From the IMG/VR virus record IMGVR_UViG_3300047319_001872, positions 186,001-250,000 of that record: DNA of 64,000 nt, one strand, 5' to 3'. The number at the start of each line of letters is the position of its first letter. Position 1 is the stretch's first letter. The translations under genes and the position numbers were made by a program. The notes under the pieces were generated by a model. That model had not been told where the DNA came from and searched no databases. It saw only the letters and a list, made by a program, of their open reading frames with translations. Shown here piece after piece: positions 9,185-18,212 of this stretch.

Positions 9185-9578
9185 CTTTCCCTTCCTTGAA
9201 CGCTTTCAGTTGTTCTTGATACGGAGTAGATTCGATACCCGTATCGATCAGTACCGGAGAAGCGAAGACATCCGGTCGATCGGCCTTCATCCAGTCGACG
9301 ATAACCGGGTAGCCATAAGCGATGCGGGCGTCCATCAGTTCCGTCGTGTACATCTTCGGACGTAACTCGATTGCAGGATCGACCAGCGGCGAGAGCTGAT
9401 TGACCTTGCCGAAGCTAGGCACGACACTGCCTGCGGCATCGCGCTTGACTTCCTGGTACACCATCACGATCTTGCCCTTCACGTTGGTGAAACCGTGCTG
9501 AGCCAGTGCGTTCTCGATAATGCCTGCTACTGCGGCGGCAACACCGACATCGCCATGTTCGATATTGATCTTGAGCAT
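9171..9578 (-). CDS. Hypothetical protein (likely start 9578, MLKINIEHG)
   Basis: ORF tiling; the upstream GTG extension looks non-coding. Confidence 0.7.
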   Translation of the reverse strand: MLKINIEHGDVGVAAAVAGIIENALAQHGFTNVKGKIVMVYQEVKRDAAGSVVPSFGKVNQLSPLVDPAIELRPKMYTTELMDARIAYGYPVIVDWMKADRPDVFASPVLIDTGIESTPYQEQLKAFKEGKDAAC

Positions 9579-9772
9579 GTTCTTATTTGTAAGCTTGTAT
9601 GAGGTTGTGATCGGTCCAGCTCGTGGCCGGACCACGATCGACGAAGATAAGGTTCATCGTTTATCTTTGTTACGTCACCACGTAAAAACTGAAGACGGCA
9701 TGAGGAGCATCGGGATCAGCCTCCGCGCGCAGATCACGAATCTCGTAGCAGAGTTCAGCCCGGATGTCTGGA

Positions 9773-10123
9773 TCAACCACGCCTACCTCGCCGTAGAGCG
9801 TTTTGGAAATCTCGCTCAGCTTCCTTCTTCATGCGACGATGCTGAATAAAGAGCGACACGCCGCACAGCAACAGGACACCGCCGAACAATGACGGCACGA
9901 AAATGTCTTCGTTGATCTGCGCTTGGTCAAAGAACGGTAGCATCAGCTTAGCGGGAATCGACAGGGCGAGCGGCCAACCAATAAAGGCAATGGGCCAGTA
10001 ACGACTCTCGCGAATCTTCTTCGCCTGTTCTTCGCGCATAACGAAGTAAAACATCGCAATCAGAAGCACCACGCCGAGGACAAAACAGAACTCCGGATTC
10101 GCGTTATTTAGATTGATCATCAC
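9773..10123 (-). CDS. Membrane protein (3 TM)
   Basis: Three hydrophobic segments; coupled start. Confidence 0.75.
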   Translation of the reverse strand: MMINLNNANPEFCFVLGVVLLIAMFYFVMREEQAKKIRESRYWPIAFIGWPLALSIPAKLMLPFFDQAQINEDIFVPSLFGGVLLLCGVSLFIQHRRMKKEAERDFQNALRRGRRG

Positions 10124-10434
10124 GCCTCCTTAACGTAAGCGCTGTCGCAGGAAGTCTGCCAGGCCGAATGCTTGGGCGAGAACAGATGACGGATGTTGGT
10201 CTCGTCATTGACGAGCGAGAATGACATCGCGATGATCGTCGGATACTCCGCCCAATCGAACTCTTTCAGGTCGATGCGCTTGACCTTCAGCGTGCCTCGC
10301 AGCTCCTGAATGATCTCCGCGCAGGTGTCACGACTCTTGGCTACTACTTCGTCGATGTACTCGCGCAGCATAGCGCGAGCAACCATGCCCGAAAGAGGAT
10401 AGTCGCTTTCAGTCTTGGCTTCTACTCCAGTCAT
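10120..10434 (-). CDS. Hypothetical protein (104 aa)
   Basis: ATGA coupling with neighbours. Confidence 0.7.
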   Translation of the reverse strand: MTGVEAKTESDYPLSGMVARAMLREYIDEVVAKSRDTCAEIIQELRGTLKVKRIDLKEFDWAEYPTIIAMSFSLVNDETNIRHLFSPKHSAWQTSCDSAYVKEA

Positions 10435-10760
10435 GCTGTTGTTTCCTTCTTATTCAATTCGTCGAGTTGGAAAAGTAGCGCCATGGCAGCCGAGCGCACC
10501 CGCAACGGATAATCCTTGTAGCTCAGCGCAAAGGCACTGCCGATCGCAAACATGTCGTGTGTGATGAGGTGCTTGTGCGGATGCTCAATCGTGTCGATAT
10601 TACGTTCCAGCCACTTGCAGATCCCTTCGAACAGATCGTCCGAAATCAAGGAACTGCAGTGGTGGTAGTAAATGAACGACGACATCAGAAACCACGATAC
10701 GTGCGCGGCCGGATACTTCGCCATGCATTGCTGAGCAAACGCATCGAGGTTTGCACTCAT
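10431..10760 (-). CDS. Stand-alone NAD-dependent DNA ligase domain-Ia-like protein
   Basis: SSFIYY...SLISDDLFE...L resembles the LigA Ia motif (HxxxYY...P.ISDxxYD.L); TIEHPHKHLIT tail as in phage stand-alone versions. Confidence 0.6.
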   Translation of the reverse strand: MSANLDAFAQQCMAKYPAAHVSWFLMSSFIYYHHCSSLISDDLFEGICKWLERNIDTIEHPHKHLITHDMFAIGSAFALSYKDYPLRVRSAAMALLFQLDELNKKETTA

Positions 10761-11257
10761 GTGAGCAGGATGATCGGCTTCACACCCTTCGCCAGGAAGT
10801 TAGCGATCTGCTCGCCGAACTTCGCCGTATGACGCTGATGCACGAGGGTGCGGTGCACGAAGTCCTTCACGCCGTGTTCAGCGGCGATGAAGTCACAGTA
10901 GTCCACTTCCCGACTGTTTGGGTCTCGGCCCGGTGTCCAGGCAGTTTGCTTGTGCGGAATAACGACCGAGCGTACCATCAACACCATGGCTTGATCGGCA
11001 CCCAGTTGGTGCGTGGGGGCGGGACGGCCGATGAAACTTTCGTGCAGTCCGAAAGGCTTGAGTGCTTCCTTGGGGATGATCCCAAACACGTCGACCTTCT
11101 CACCATTAAACGGCTTGGTCGCAGTCAGAATCACCACCTTGTTCAGGCGAGCCGTATCCGCATCGAATAGGTCCAACCACTCGTCGTTCTTCACGAGCTC
11201 CATCACCCAGGGGCGCAACCCCTGAACGGATGCAATTGCTTCCATGTTACTGGCCAT
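10757..11257 (-). CDS. Hypothetical protein (166 aa)
   Basis: RBS AAGGA; ORF tiling. Confidence 0.75.
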   Translation of the reverse strand: MASNMEAIASVQGLRPWVMELVKNDEWLDLFDADTARLNKVVILTATKPFNGEKVDVFGIIPKEALKPFGLHESFIGRPAPTHQLGADQAMVLMVRSVVIPHKQTAWTPGRDPNSREVDYCDFIAAEHGVKDFVHRTLVHQRHTAKFGEQIANFLAKGVKPIILLT

Positions 11258-11266
11258 GCTTGATCC

Positions 11267-11500
11267 TTACGACAATTGGGTCTGCGAGTACAGGCTGGCA
11301 AACACCTGCCAGCCCTCGCTATTCATATCCGGGATGAGGCTACCAGTCACCACCCCGCCCGCAGTGCTACCTGCTTGCCACGTGAGCCGCAAATGGCGGT
11401 CGTAGCTGTACTGAACGTGATGCTCATCGCGTCCATTCTGACATACAGCGATCCCGCGCCCATGGCGCCGAATGATGCTTAGTGCTTCGCTCAGTTTCAT
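11267..11500 (-). CDS. Hypothetical protein (77 aa)
   Basis: ORF tiling. Confidence 0.65.
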   Translation of the reverse strand: MKLSEALSIIRRHGRGIAVCQNGRDEHHVQYSYDRHLRLTWQAGSTAGGVVTGSLIPDMNSEGWQVFASLYSQTQLS

Positions 11501-11502
11501 GA

Positions 11503-12306
11503 TCAGTTCTGTTGAAGGACAACGTCCGCAAAGAAACGATCGTACTGGACAATGTCCGGAGCTATACGGGTGAGACCTTGAGGGATCTCACGGCTTTCTA
11601 GCATCTTCTCAATCACACGGTCGATGCCAGCGATGCGTTGCACGCGCTCTTCGCCCTTAAGCTTCAGGTGCAACAGCTGCATGCAGCCTTCGAGCAGGTC
11701 GTGGTTGTACGCCGCCACATTGCACAATGCCAGGTAATTCACCGGCGGACATTCCGTGCCGAGGTCGAAGGTTGCGGTACGTTCGAACCAGATCGCATTC
11801 AATAGCGGCCGCACGGTGTGCAGGTACTTCTTCACTGAGACAGTGGGGCGTGGTTCGACGTAGGTCTTGTAATTGCGCCGCAAGATCGAGACGTTCTGCT
11901 GACGCAGCTTTAACGTCGAGAAACCTTTCCACATCAGTTCACGCAAGCGATTCGCATGATCCGTGGAATAATACTCGGGCAGTCGCAGCCAGTCGACGAT
12001 GGACGGATTCGAGTTGTACGCTAGGGTAGTGGCCTTCTCGATGTCAAAACCATTCAAGTCGCCAAAGCCGTCGACCTTGATTTCGAGCGTGTCACGGTTT
12101 TCCAGCAAGGCCGCGTCGCGATGCCCTTGGTTGATCTGGAAGTACGTGTGTTTAGGACGCACGTAGATGAAACCGATGTCATGGTCACTCTGTGGGTTGG
12201 CCAGTCCCCACGCCCGACTCCCTACTTCGACTGCGTGCAGGATGGTGACGTTATACGTCAGTCGGATGGATTCCAAATGGGCCAGCACGTTTTCATCTAC
12301 TGCCAT
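11503..12306 (-). CDS. Pol-beta-superfamily nucleotidyltransferase, RlaP/PF10127-like
   Basis: AVEVGSRAWGLANPQSDHDIGFIY (GSxAxG...SDxD), SNPSIVDWL, VKKYLHTVRPLL. Confidence 0.85.
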   Translation of the reverse strand: MAVDENVLAHLESIRLTYNVTILHAVEVGSRAWGLANPQSDHDIGFIYVRPKHTYFQINQGHRDAALLENRDTLEIKVDGFGDLNGFDIEKATTLAYNSNPSIVDWLRLPEYYSTDHANRLRELMWKGFSTLKLRQQNVSILRRNYKTYVEPRPTVSVKKYLHTVRPLLNAIWFERTATFDLGTECPPVNYLALCNVAAYNHDLLEGCMQLLHLKLKGEERVQRIAGIDRVIEKMLESREIPQGLTRIAPDIVQYDRFFADVVLQQN

Positions 12307-12308
12307 CG

Positions 12309-12473
12309 CTATTTCCTGTTCTTGATCTGTTGTTGAAGACGCTTCACAGCGCGGACAATTTCGTCCTCGGTGAGCGCCTCTTGGCCGAGCTTGCGGATCG
12401 CAATCTTAATCCGACGCGATCCTGCCTGCTGCAACCGCTTGACGCGCATGTTAACCGAGAAGCAGGTCTTCAT
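12309..12473 (-). CDS. Small basic protein (54 aa, MKTCFSVNMRVKRLQQ...), not in the ORF track
   Basis: Hand translation; ATGA coupling; fills the gap exactly. Confidence 0.6.
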   Translation of the reverse strand: MKTCFSVNMRVKRLQQAGSRRIKIAIRKLGQEALTEDEIVRAVKRLQQQIKNRK

Positions 12474-12808
12474 GCGGCTTTACGACGCTTGGCCAGATTC
12501 TGACGCACGACACGCAAATGCAGACACACGTCGTCCAGTCCGTTCAAGTCGTCGCCTTGCACCAGGACATCCCCGATCTGGTGCTGAATCGTCACTGTAC
12601 CCCGATGACGATGGCCGGTACGAAACATGATCGTGGTGGAATGCATGGCGGTCATGCGTTCCGTGGTGATCGGTTGATGCCCGCCGCTCACCGCGATGAC
12701 TTCCAGCTTGGCGATCGGGTCCGCGTAATCGGTCCCGGCATCGTTGGTCTGCTGGAGGATGTTCATGTTGCCACGGCCCAGATACACTACTGCGTTATGC
12801 TCACTCAT
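12470..12808 (-). CDS. Hypothetical protein (112 aa)
   Basis: ORF tiling. Confidence 0.7.
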   Translation of the reverse strand: MSEHNAVVYLGRGNMNILQQTNDAGTDYADPIAKLEVIAVSGGHQPITTERMTAMHSTTIMFRTGHRHRGTVTIQHQIGDVLVQGDDLNGLDDVCLHLRVVRQNLAKRRKAA

Positions 12809-12823
12809 GTTAAATCCTAATGC

Positions 12824-13207
12824 TCAGGAGGGGCTGAAGCCCTCCACGCGACTTTCACGTAGAATCCGGATCTGGTATTTGAGACCACGGGAGATGTACG
12901 TGCGAATGTCGACTAATTCTTGTTCATCGCAAGTCTTCCACGCTTGCCAACCCCGACTAGCTTCGGCAACGTATGGACTTGCTTCGTAATGCCGGTACTG
13001 GTACACGATCGGGTCATCCCCGGATGCTTCCAATACCGGCACTTTGGCTCGTACTTCTGCGTACGCTTGACGCATCGAGCAAGATTCCTCGCAGAGCATG
13101 CCGTCCACGTGCACGCAACTGCCTTCGGCTTTATTCCGGTACACCCCACAGTCACGCACTGGATCGAAACTGCGGTTCAGGACGCGAGCAAAGAACGCGG
13201 CCCTCAT
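12824..13207 (-). CDS. Hypothetical protein (127 aa)
   Basis: Coupled start. Confidence 0.7.
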   Translation of the reverse strand: MRAAFFARVLNRSFDPVRDCGVYRNKAEGSCVHVDGMLCEESCSMRQAYAEVRAKVPVLEASGDDPIVYQYRHYEASPYVAEASRGWQAWKTCDEQELVDIRTYISRGLKYQIRILRESRVEGFSPS

Positions 13208-13968
13208 GCTGGCACCTTCAAACGCGGACGGAACGTGAGATCAATCGCCTGCGGATTCATCGAGACTTTGACATCCAGGTCCAATGACAGCGCAGCTGCC
13301 ATGTCGGTGTAAATCCGATGCGCGTCCGCCCGCACGGAGTACTGAGCGCTCTCGGCTGGATTGATCCAACCTTGCGCTTTGGCTTCGAGCATCTCGGCCC
13401 AGATGAGCCCAGCTTGAAAGCCATTCAGCATTTCGGTAGTGAAGTACGGTTGCCCCACTCGCAAGGCTTCTTTCGAATTCAGCGGGTTATGGAATACCTT
13501 AAAGCGCATGCCTTCATCGCTTTTGAGGATGTCCTGAGCAATGCGCTCGAGATACTCGCCTTCACCCAGGCCGATATGGATACCGTGCTTGTCATTGACC
13601 CACACGTCGTCCATGAACTCGTCCCACTTCGCATCCATCAGCTTAAGAAAGCCTTCCGGGGAGCCACGTTCCCGATAACGCGCCATGTACTCGTCCTTCA
13701 AGTACTTGTGCGCGGGTGCTGCAATGGCGTAACTGATCCCGGCTTTCACCAGCGCGTCACGCACAACCGTGTGCGTCGAACAAAGCACCCACGCACCCGC
13801 TGCGAGGCAGGCTTGGATATGAGCGATGTAGTTCTCGGGGAACTGGTCCTTGTTGAACTGGCTGCTGTCCGAATCATGGATCAAAATCCCGGAGTGACGC
13901 AGTTTGTTAAACAGGGTGGTTTTACCCACGCCAGGGAAACCACAGATAACGCGCGGACGACTATCCAT
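13204..13968 (-). CDS. P-loop NTPase / nucleotide-kinase-like protein
   Basis: N-terminal VICGFPGVGKT Walker A, DSDSSQF, LCSTH. Confidence 0.75.
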   Translation of the reverse strand: MDSRPRVICGFPGVGKTTLFNKLRHSGILIHDSDSSQFNKDQFPENYIAHIQACLAAGAWVLCSTHTVVRDALVKAGISYAIAAPAHKYLKDEYMARYRERGSPEGFLKLMDAKWDEFMDDVWVNDKHGIHIGLGEGEYLERIAQDILKSDEGMRFKVFHNPLNSKEALRVGQPYFTTEMLNGFQAGLIWAEMLEAKAQGWINPAESAQYSVRADAHRIYTDMAAALSLDLDVKVSMNPQAIDLTFRPRLKVPA

Positions 13969-13991
13969 TTTCTTTTTTGTTCCTGTTGTTC

Positions 13992-15416
13992 TTAAGCAGC
14001 TTTAATGAGAGTGTCGATCTGGCGAATCGTGTCTTCCAGATCGTTGACTTTCGGGATGGCATCGATGAATTGATCGAAGTTATCGTGATGCTCGAAGTAC
14101 AGCGCCTGGAGGTCACACCCCAGGATACTGCTAAAGCACGCAGCGGGTTCCGCGCTCCGGCCAGGGAACATCAGCTCGATGTAGTCCAGCACTTCGCTGT
14201 GCGTGAGTGGCTTGATCTCGAAGACGTGGTCCACGCGACCCTTACGAATCACCGCCGGATCAATGTCATCCAGCGTATTGGTCGTGAGGAAGATCAGCGT
14301 GCCATGCAGCGAGGCAATGCCGTCCAGCGCGTTCAGAATACCGGAGAGCGTGAGGCCATCCATGTCTTCGAGGAGCTTGGCCATCGGATTAACCGGCGCG
14401 TCATCCACCCCTAGACCCTTGATCGAATTGATCGCGCTTTCCAGGTTCGGCTTACCGCTGCTGTCGTATTTCACTGCGACCGTGTACTTCGTGCTGTCGT
14501 CACTCTTCATAGCTGAACGCCGCCGCGTAGCTTTTGCCGAGTCAAAGTCCTCGATCGCCAGAATGGAGCGGCTCGGAATATTCGCGAGTGCCTCTTCCAG
14601 CATCTCGTCATTGAGCGCATTCAGGTTTAGCCGACACACGTTCAGATTGAAGTGGCTGGCGAGTGCCTTGATGAGACTGGTCTTACCGGTGCCAGGCACG
14701 CCATGCAGCACAAAGGTCTTCTTCCACGGCAGGCCGCGCTCAGTGTACCAGGCCTCGCTCATCTGGAAGTCCTCGATGGCTTTGACGAGCGACTGCTTGA
14801 GTGCCTTCTCGACAATCACGGTTTTCAACTCACGGCGATCGAGCATCGCGTAATCGGCCCAGTAATTGCTCTTAAAGCGCATCAGCTTCAGCTTGTTCTC
14901 CGGGAACTTGTGGCAAAACACATCCACCAGGTCTTGCATGATCGCTTTGTTGCGACCAAACATGGTGAGCGTCACCACGTAGACGATATTATCGCGGCCT
15001 TGCTTTTCCATCGTCCGGCGGTGCATCAGAAACAGGCGTCGCTTGAAGAAAAAAAAGTGGTTACCGTCACCGATAGCCACGTCAGCCGCATTGCGACTGC
15101 CGTGACCATTGTGTCGATCAAAGAACTGCGCACCGTAGGTCTGCAAAGCCAGCTGGCGCGAATACTTCGCCCACTTGTTCTGCATGAACCACTCCATGAA
15201 GCTTGCATAATTCTCCCGTGCCCAGCCCAGCTCCGTATTGTCGAAGGTGAGCGTGGTGGTGAGCTGGCCGTGAATCTTGCTGATGAGCTTCATCGGGATC
15301 TTGCGAAAGACCCAGGTGACTAGGCCTAAACCCCACAGAGAGACTGCCCCCGCAATCATGGGATTCGAATGTGAGTAAGCGTTAAACGCCAACCAGAGAT
15401 TCGTGAGGTAATTCAT
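13992..15416 (-). CDS. BCS1-like membrane-anchored AAA+ ATPase
   Basis: N-terminal TM; BCS1_N-like region; Walker A GVPGTGKT, Walker B LAIEDFD, LSGILNALDG, TTN...DPAVIRKGRVD. Confidence 0.88.
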   Translation of the reverse strand: MNYLTNLWLAFNAYSHSNPMIAGAVSLWGLGLVTWVFRKIPMKLISKIHGQLTTTLTFDNTELGWARENYASFMEWFMQNKWAKYSRQLALQTYGAQFFDRHNGHGSRNAADVAIGDGNHFFFFKRRLFLMHRRTMEKQGRDNIVYVVTLTMFGRNKAIMQDLVDVFCHKFPENKLKLMRFKSNYWADYAMLDRRELKTVIVEKALKQSLVKAIEDFQMSEAWYTERGLPWKKTFVLHGVPGTGKTSLIKALASHFNLNVCRLNLNALNDEMLEEALANIPSRSILAIEDFDSAKATRRRSAMKSDDSTKYTVAVKYDSSGKPNLESAINSIKGLGVDDAPVNPMAKLLEDMDGLTLSGILNALDGIASLHGTLIFLTTNTLDDIDPAVIRKGRVDHVFEIKPLTHSEVLDYIELMFPGRSAEPAACFSSILGCDLQALYFEHHDNFDQFIDAIPKVNDLEDTIRQIDTLIKAA

Positions 15417-15441
15417 TTTTCTTCCTCTAAATTAAATAAAA

Positions 15442-15466
15442 AAGCGGGGTGGTCTAGGCCCCGCTT
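15442..15466 (-). terminator. Intrinsic terminator (AAGCGGGG/CCCCGCTT stem followed by a T-run)
   Basis: 8-bp stem with an adjacent A-run on the plus strand, just after the 15472 stop. Confidence 0.75.
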
Positions 15467-15471
15467 CCGCC

Positions 15472-15807
15472 TTAAGCGTACTTCTTCCTCAGTTGCGCTT
15501 CGGCGTGGTCCTTCTCAGTCGCACTCAGCGGCCGGTGCCGCGGCATGCCTTCGGCAATGTCCTGCATGAACACGGCCTTCGGGACGGCCTTGATGGAGAA
15601 CGCGTGCGGCCACAGATGCTTACGAATCACCATCGTTTCACCGGTCTCGGAATGCGGACATTCGAAGAGCACCTGATAGATGCCGCCCTTGTAGTGCTGG
15701 TGCGTGCCCATGATGATGGCTTGTTCACGCGCCAGCTCGGAGCCCTTGTTGTCCACTTCGCGCGCCACAATCTCGCGCATCGGGACATGCAGTTCAGACA
15801 CCGCCAT
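15472..15807 (-). CDS. DUF1653-like protein
   Basis: GTHQHYKGGIYQV...HSETGETMV; RBS AGGAG before ATG 15807. Confidence 0.75.
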   Translation of the reverse strand: MAVSELHVPMREIVAREVDNKGSELAREQAIIMGTHQHYKGGIYQVLFECPHSETGETMVIRKHLWPHAFSIKAVPKAVFMQDIAEGMPRHRPLSATEKDHAEAQLRKKYA

Positions 15808-16393
15808 GAGTCGTCTCCTGGGGCGGCCATTGCTTGAGCAGATCAGCTTCAGGCGCGCCTTCGATGAAACCGATGGTGAGCGGTTTGCTGTCCTGGTAAT
15901 GCGCCACCAGGACCCCGAACGGCCCATGCGAGAGCTCGATACTGAAATGCGTGAACCCCAGCCCGAAACGGGCGTTCTTCACAAACAGGATGTCCTCGAC
16001 TTCACTGAGCGAATCCACGTCGACTGCATTCACCGCGCCCTTAAAGAGATCGGTGTCGCCTTCGTGATACTCCGACACCACAATGCGTGGCTTGGTGTGA
16101 CCCACCACATCGCCAATGCCCTTGATGGCAAACCGATCCAGGACCTTGTCACTCCCGTCCAGTCGGTGCGAATGGTCAATCACCTTGTTGGTGAGGCTGA
16201 GCTTCTCGGGCGACACTTCGCCGCCGAAGTAGATGCAGTGCGGATCGACGTTGGCGATGTCTTTCGACTCCACCAGTAAGATCTCAAAACCACCTGCTTC
16301 CTGATCTGGCGCAGGCAACAGCACCACGCCGTGCAAATTGCAGACTTCGCGAATTTCGTTCACGATGGCTTGCAACTCTTCTTGGGTTTTCAT
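15794..16393 (-). CDS. Hypothetical protein (199 aa)
   Basis: ORF tiling. Confidence 0.75.
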   Translation of the reverse strand: MKTQEELQAIVNEIREVCNLHGVVLLPAPDQEAGGFEILLVESKDIANVDPHCIYFGGEVSPEKLSLTNKVIDHSHRLDGSDKVLDRFAIKGIGDVVGHTKPRIVVSEYHEGDTDLFKGAVNAVDVDSLSEVEDILFVKNARFGLGFTHFSIELSHGPFGVLVAHYQDSKPLTIGFIEGAPEADLLKQWPPQETTHGGV

Positions 16394-16408
16394 TCCGGGT
16401 TTCCTTGT

Positions 16409-17230
16409 TTAAAGCGACCGTACAATCTGCATAAAGGTTTCACGATCCAGCGTGAACGTCTGTTCATGCATGTCGTAAAAGCGTTCGGTGTCCTTCTTGA
16501 CCCACACGGTAAAGTGCGAGCGCAGACCCACCATAAACACCAGCTCGTCGATCGCAATCACCGCGTAGATTTCTCCCCGGCGTAGGGCATCCCGATAGAA
16601 GAAGCCACTGCGCCCCTGATCCCGCAAAATCCGGAGGAAGTGACCGTCGTCTTCGGCTTTGATGGCAGCGGGCACATGGTGACGAAAGTGCGTCGTTTTT
16701 GCCGAGGGCATCAGCGAGATCGAGACGTGCTGCTCCAGGGCTTCGATGAGCACCGCGTAGTTAAGCTCCATCTTGGGATGCAGGGACTCGACAAGCGCCT
16801 CGACTGTATTGACGTTATCGACCACTAGCGAGAGGTGATTGCGTTTGGGCTTCTGGCGCTGATCTTGCATGTGGTTCACCGCGTTGATGATGCGTTCTGC
16901 GTTGTGAAATTCCACCAAGCCAATTTCGTCCGCTACCTCATCCGGACCTTCGGTGGCGATCGCACTGACTTCGAGCTTCTCGAGCAATACGAAAATACCA
17001 TCCACCGTCGTCGGAACGGCCAGGTCGACCAAGAACGGCACCTGACCCGGCTCACCCTGGATACCAGCTACGACCCCAGCGCTCTGGCACACTTGCAGCG
17101 GCGGCTTCTCGGGGTTCTCCGAGTGATCGTCGACCAGATGGTAGTACATGGCCTGCCGCCCGAACAGCTCTTTGCCGATGTGTGTGGTCGTCGCCTTGCG
17201 GTAATCGATTTCGTACTGGCTGATAAACAT
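16409..17230 (-). CDS. Hypothetical protein (273 aa)
   Basis: RBS GAGGA; ORF tiling. Confidence 0.8.
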   Translation of the reverse strand: MFISQYEIDYRKATTTHIGKELFGRQAMYYHLVDDHSENPEKPPLQVCQSAGVVAGIQGEPGQVPFLVDLAVPTTVDGIFVLLEKLEVSAIATEGPDEVADEIGLVEFHNAERIINAVNHMQDQRQKPKRNHLSLVVDNVNTVEALVESLHPKMELNYAVLIEALEQHVSISLMPSAKTTHFRHHVPAAIKAEDDGHFLRILRDQGRSGFFYRDALRRGEIYAVIAIDELVFMVGLRSHFTVWVKKDTERFYDMHEQTFTLDRETFMQIVRSL

Positions 17231-17259
17231 GGTGATTCCTCGTTTTAGTTTATGTTAAT

Positions 17260-17706
17260 TCAGGTCGGCGAGATTACATCGAAGGTGACGATGTCCTTCA
17301 CCTTGACTTCACCGTCTGCTTTAATGTCGCACAGCGCACGAATCCCCAGCGTGACGGGTACGTCGTCTTCCAACAGTTGTTCAAGCGAGCCCTTCCAGCG
17401 CCCCGAGGGCTTCATGCAGGCGACCAACTTGTTCTCTTCGATCTTCACGTCAGTGATCTGACAGCAGGTATTCCCCATCTCCACCGTCTGGCAGCGCTCT
17501 TTGTACTGTTCGTGGGACTGACCTGCGTAGCGAGCAGGTTGGCCCAGTTCACCGTGCGCGCGGCCCTGCTCCACACGCGCATTAAACTTCTCCACAGCTT
17601 TGGCCATGGCTTGGGGGTTCCAGACTCGGCCCAGTTGGTCCGGCTCTCCCAACACCTTCACGACCACTTCAACCGAACCATCTTCCTTACGCACAAATTC
17701 CGTCAT
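17260..17706 (-). CDS. Prohead-protease-like protein (T4 gp21 / phiKZ gp175 family), catalytic residues apparently substituted
   Basis: GRVWNPQAMAKAVEKF...AHGELGQP...NTCCQITDVKIE...LGIRA; RBS AGGAG before ATG 17706. Confidence 0.7.
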   Translation of the reverse strand: MTEFVRKEDGSVEVVVKVLGEPDQLGRVWNPQAMAKAVEKFNARVEQGRAHGELGQPARYAGQSHEQYKERCQTVEMGNTCCQITDVKIEENKLVACMKPSGRWKGSLEQLLEDDVPVTLGIRALCDIKADGEVKVKDIVTFDVISPT

Positions 17707-17753
17707 GGCACACTCCTGTAATAGTCCAATCAATGGGTCAACGGCATAAAAAA

Positions 17754-17775
17754 GAGACCAGCCGAAGCTGGTCTC
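17754..17775 (-). terminator. UUCG hairpin terminator followed by TTTTTTATGCCG
   Basis: GAGACCAGC-CGAA-GCTGGTCTC perfect 9-bp stem. Confidence 0.85.
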
Positions 17776-17817
17776 GAAATGCCTCGCCCGTCAAAGCGAG
17801 GTCCCCACGATGTCGGG

Positions 17818-18144
17818 TTAGATGTGCTGATCGAGCCAGGCCTTCAAGGCCTGCTTCGAAAGCGCACCGGCTTTCTGCGCGACGATGGCGCCGTCCTTGT
17901 AGATGAAGAGTGCCGGAATACCACGCACACCGAGCTTAGTCGGCGTCGCATCGTTTTCGTCGACGTTCACTTTCACGATCTGCAGCTTGTCGGCGTACTC
18001 GGGCGCGATGTCCGCCAGCGTCGGGACCAGCGTCTTGCACGGACCGCACCAGGGTGCCCAGAAGTCGACGAGAACCGGCTTGGACGATTGCACTACGTCT
18101 GCTTCGAACGTCGCGTCAGAAGCGTTTTTGATGATTTCGCTCAT
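17818..18144 (-). CDS. trxA: Thioredoxin
   Basis: VLVDFWAPWCGPCK active site, VRGIP, GALSK. Confidence 0.95.
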   Translation of the reverse strand: MSEIIKNASDATFEADVVQSSKPVLVDFWAPWCGPCKTLVPTLADIAPEYADKLQIVKVNVDENDATPTKLGVRGIPALFIYKDGAIVAQKAGALSKQALKAWLDQHI

Positions 18145-18212
18145 TGCTACTACAATCCTTGCTGTTAAGGGAGATGGGACACTGCATAGACATACAACAG
18201 TGTCCCGGCATG

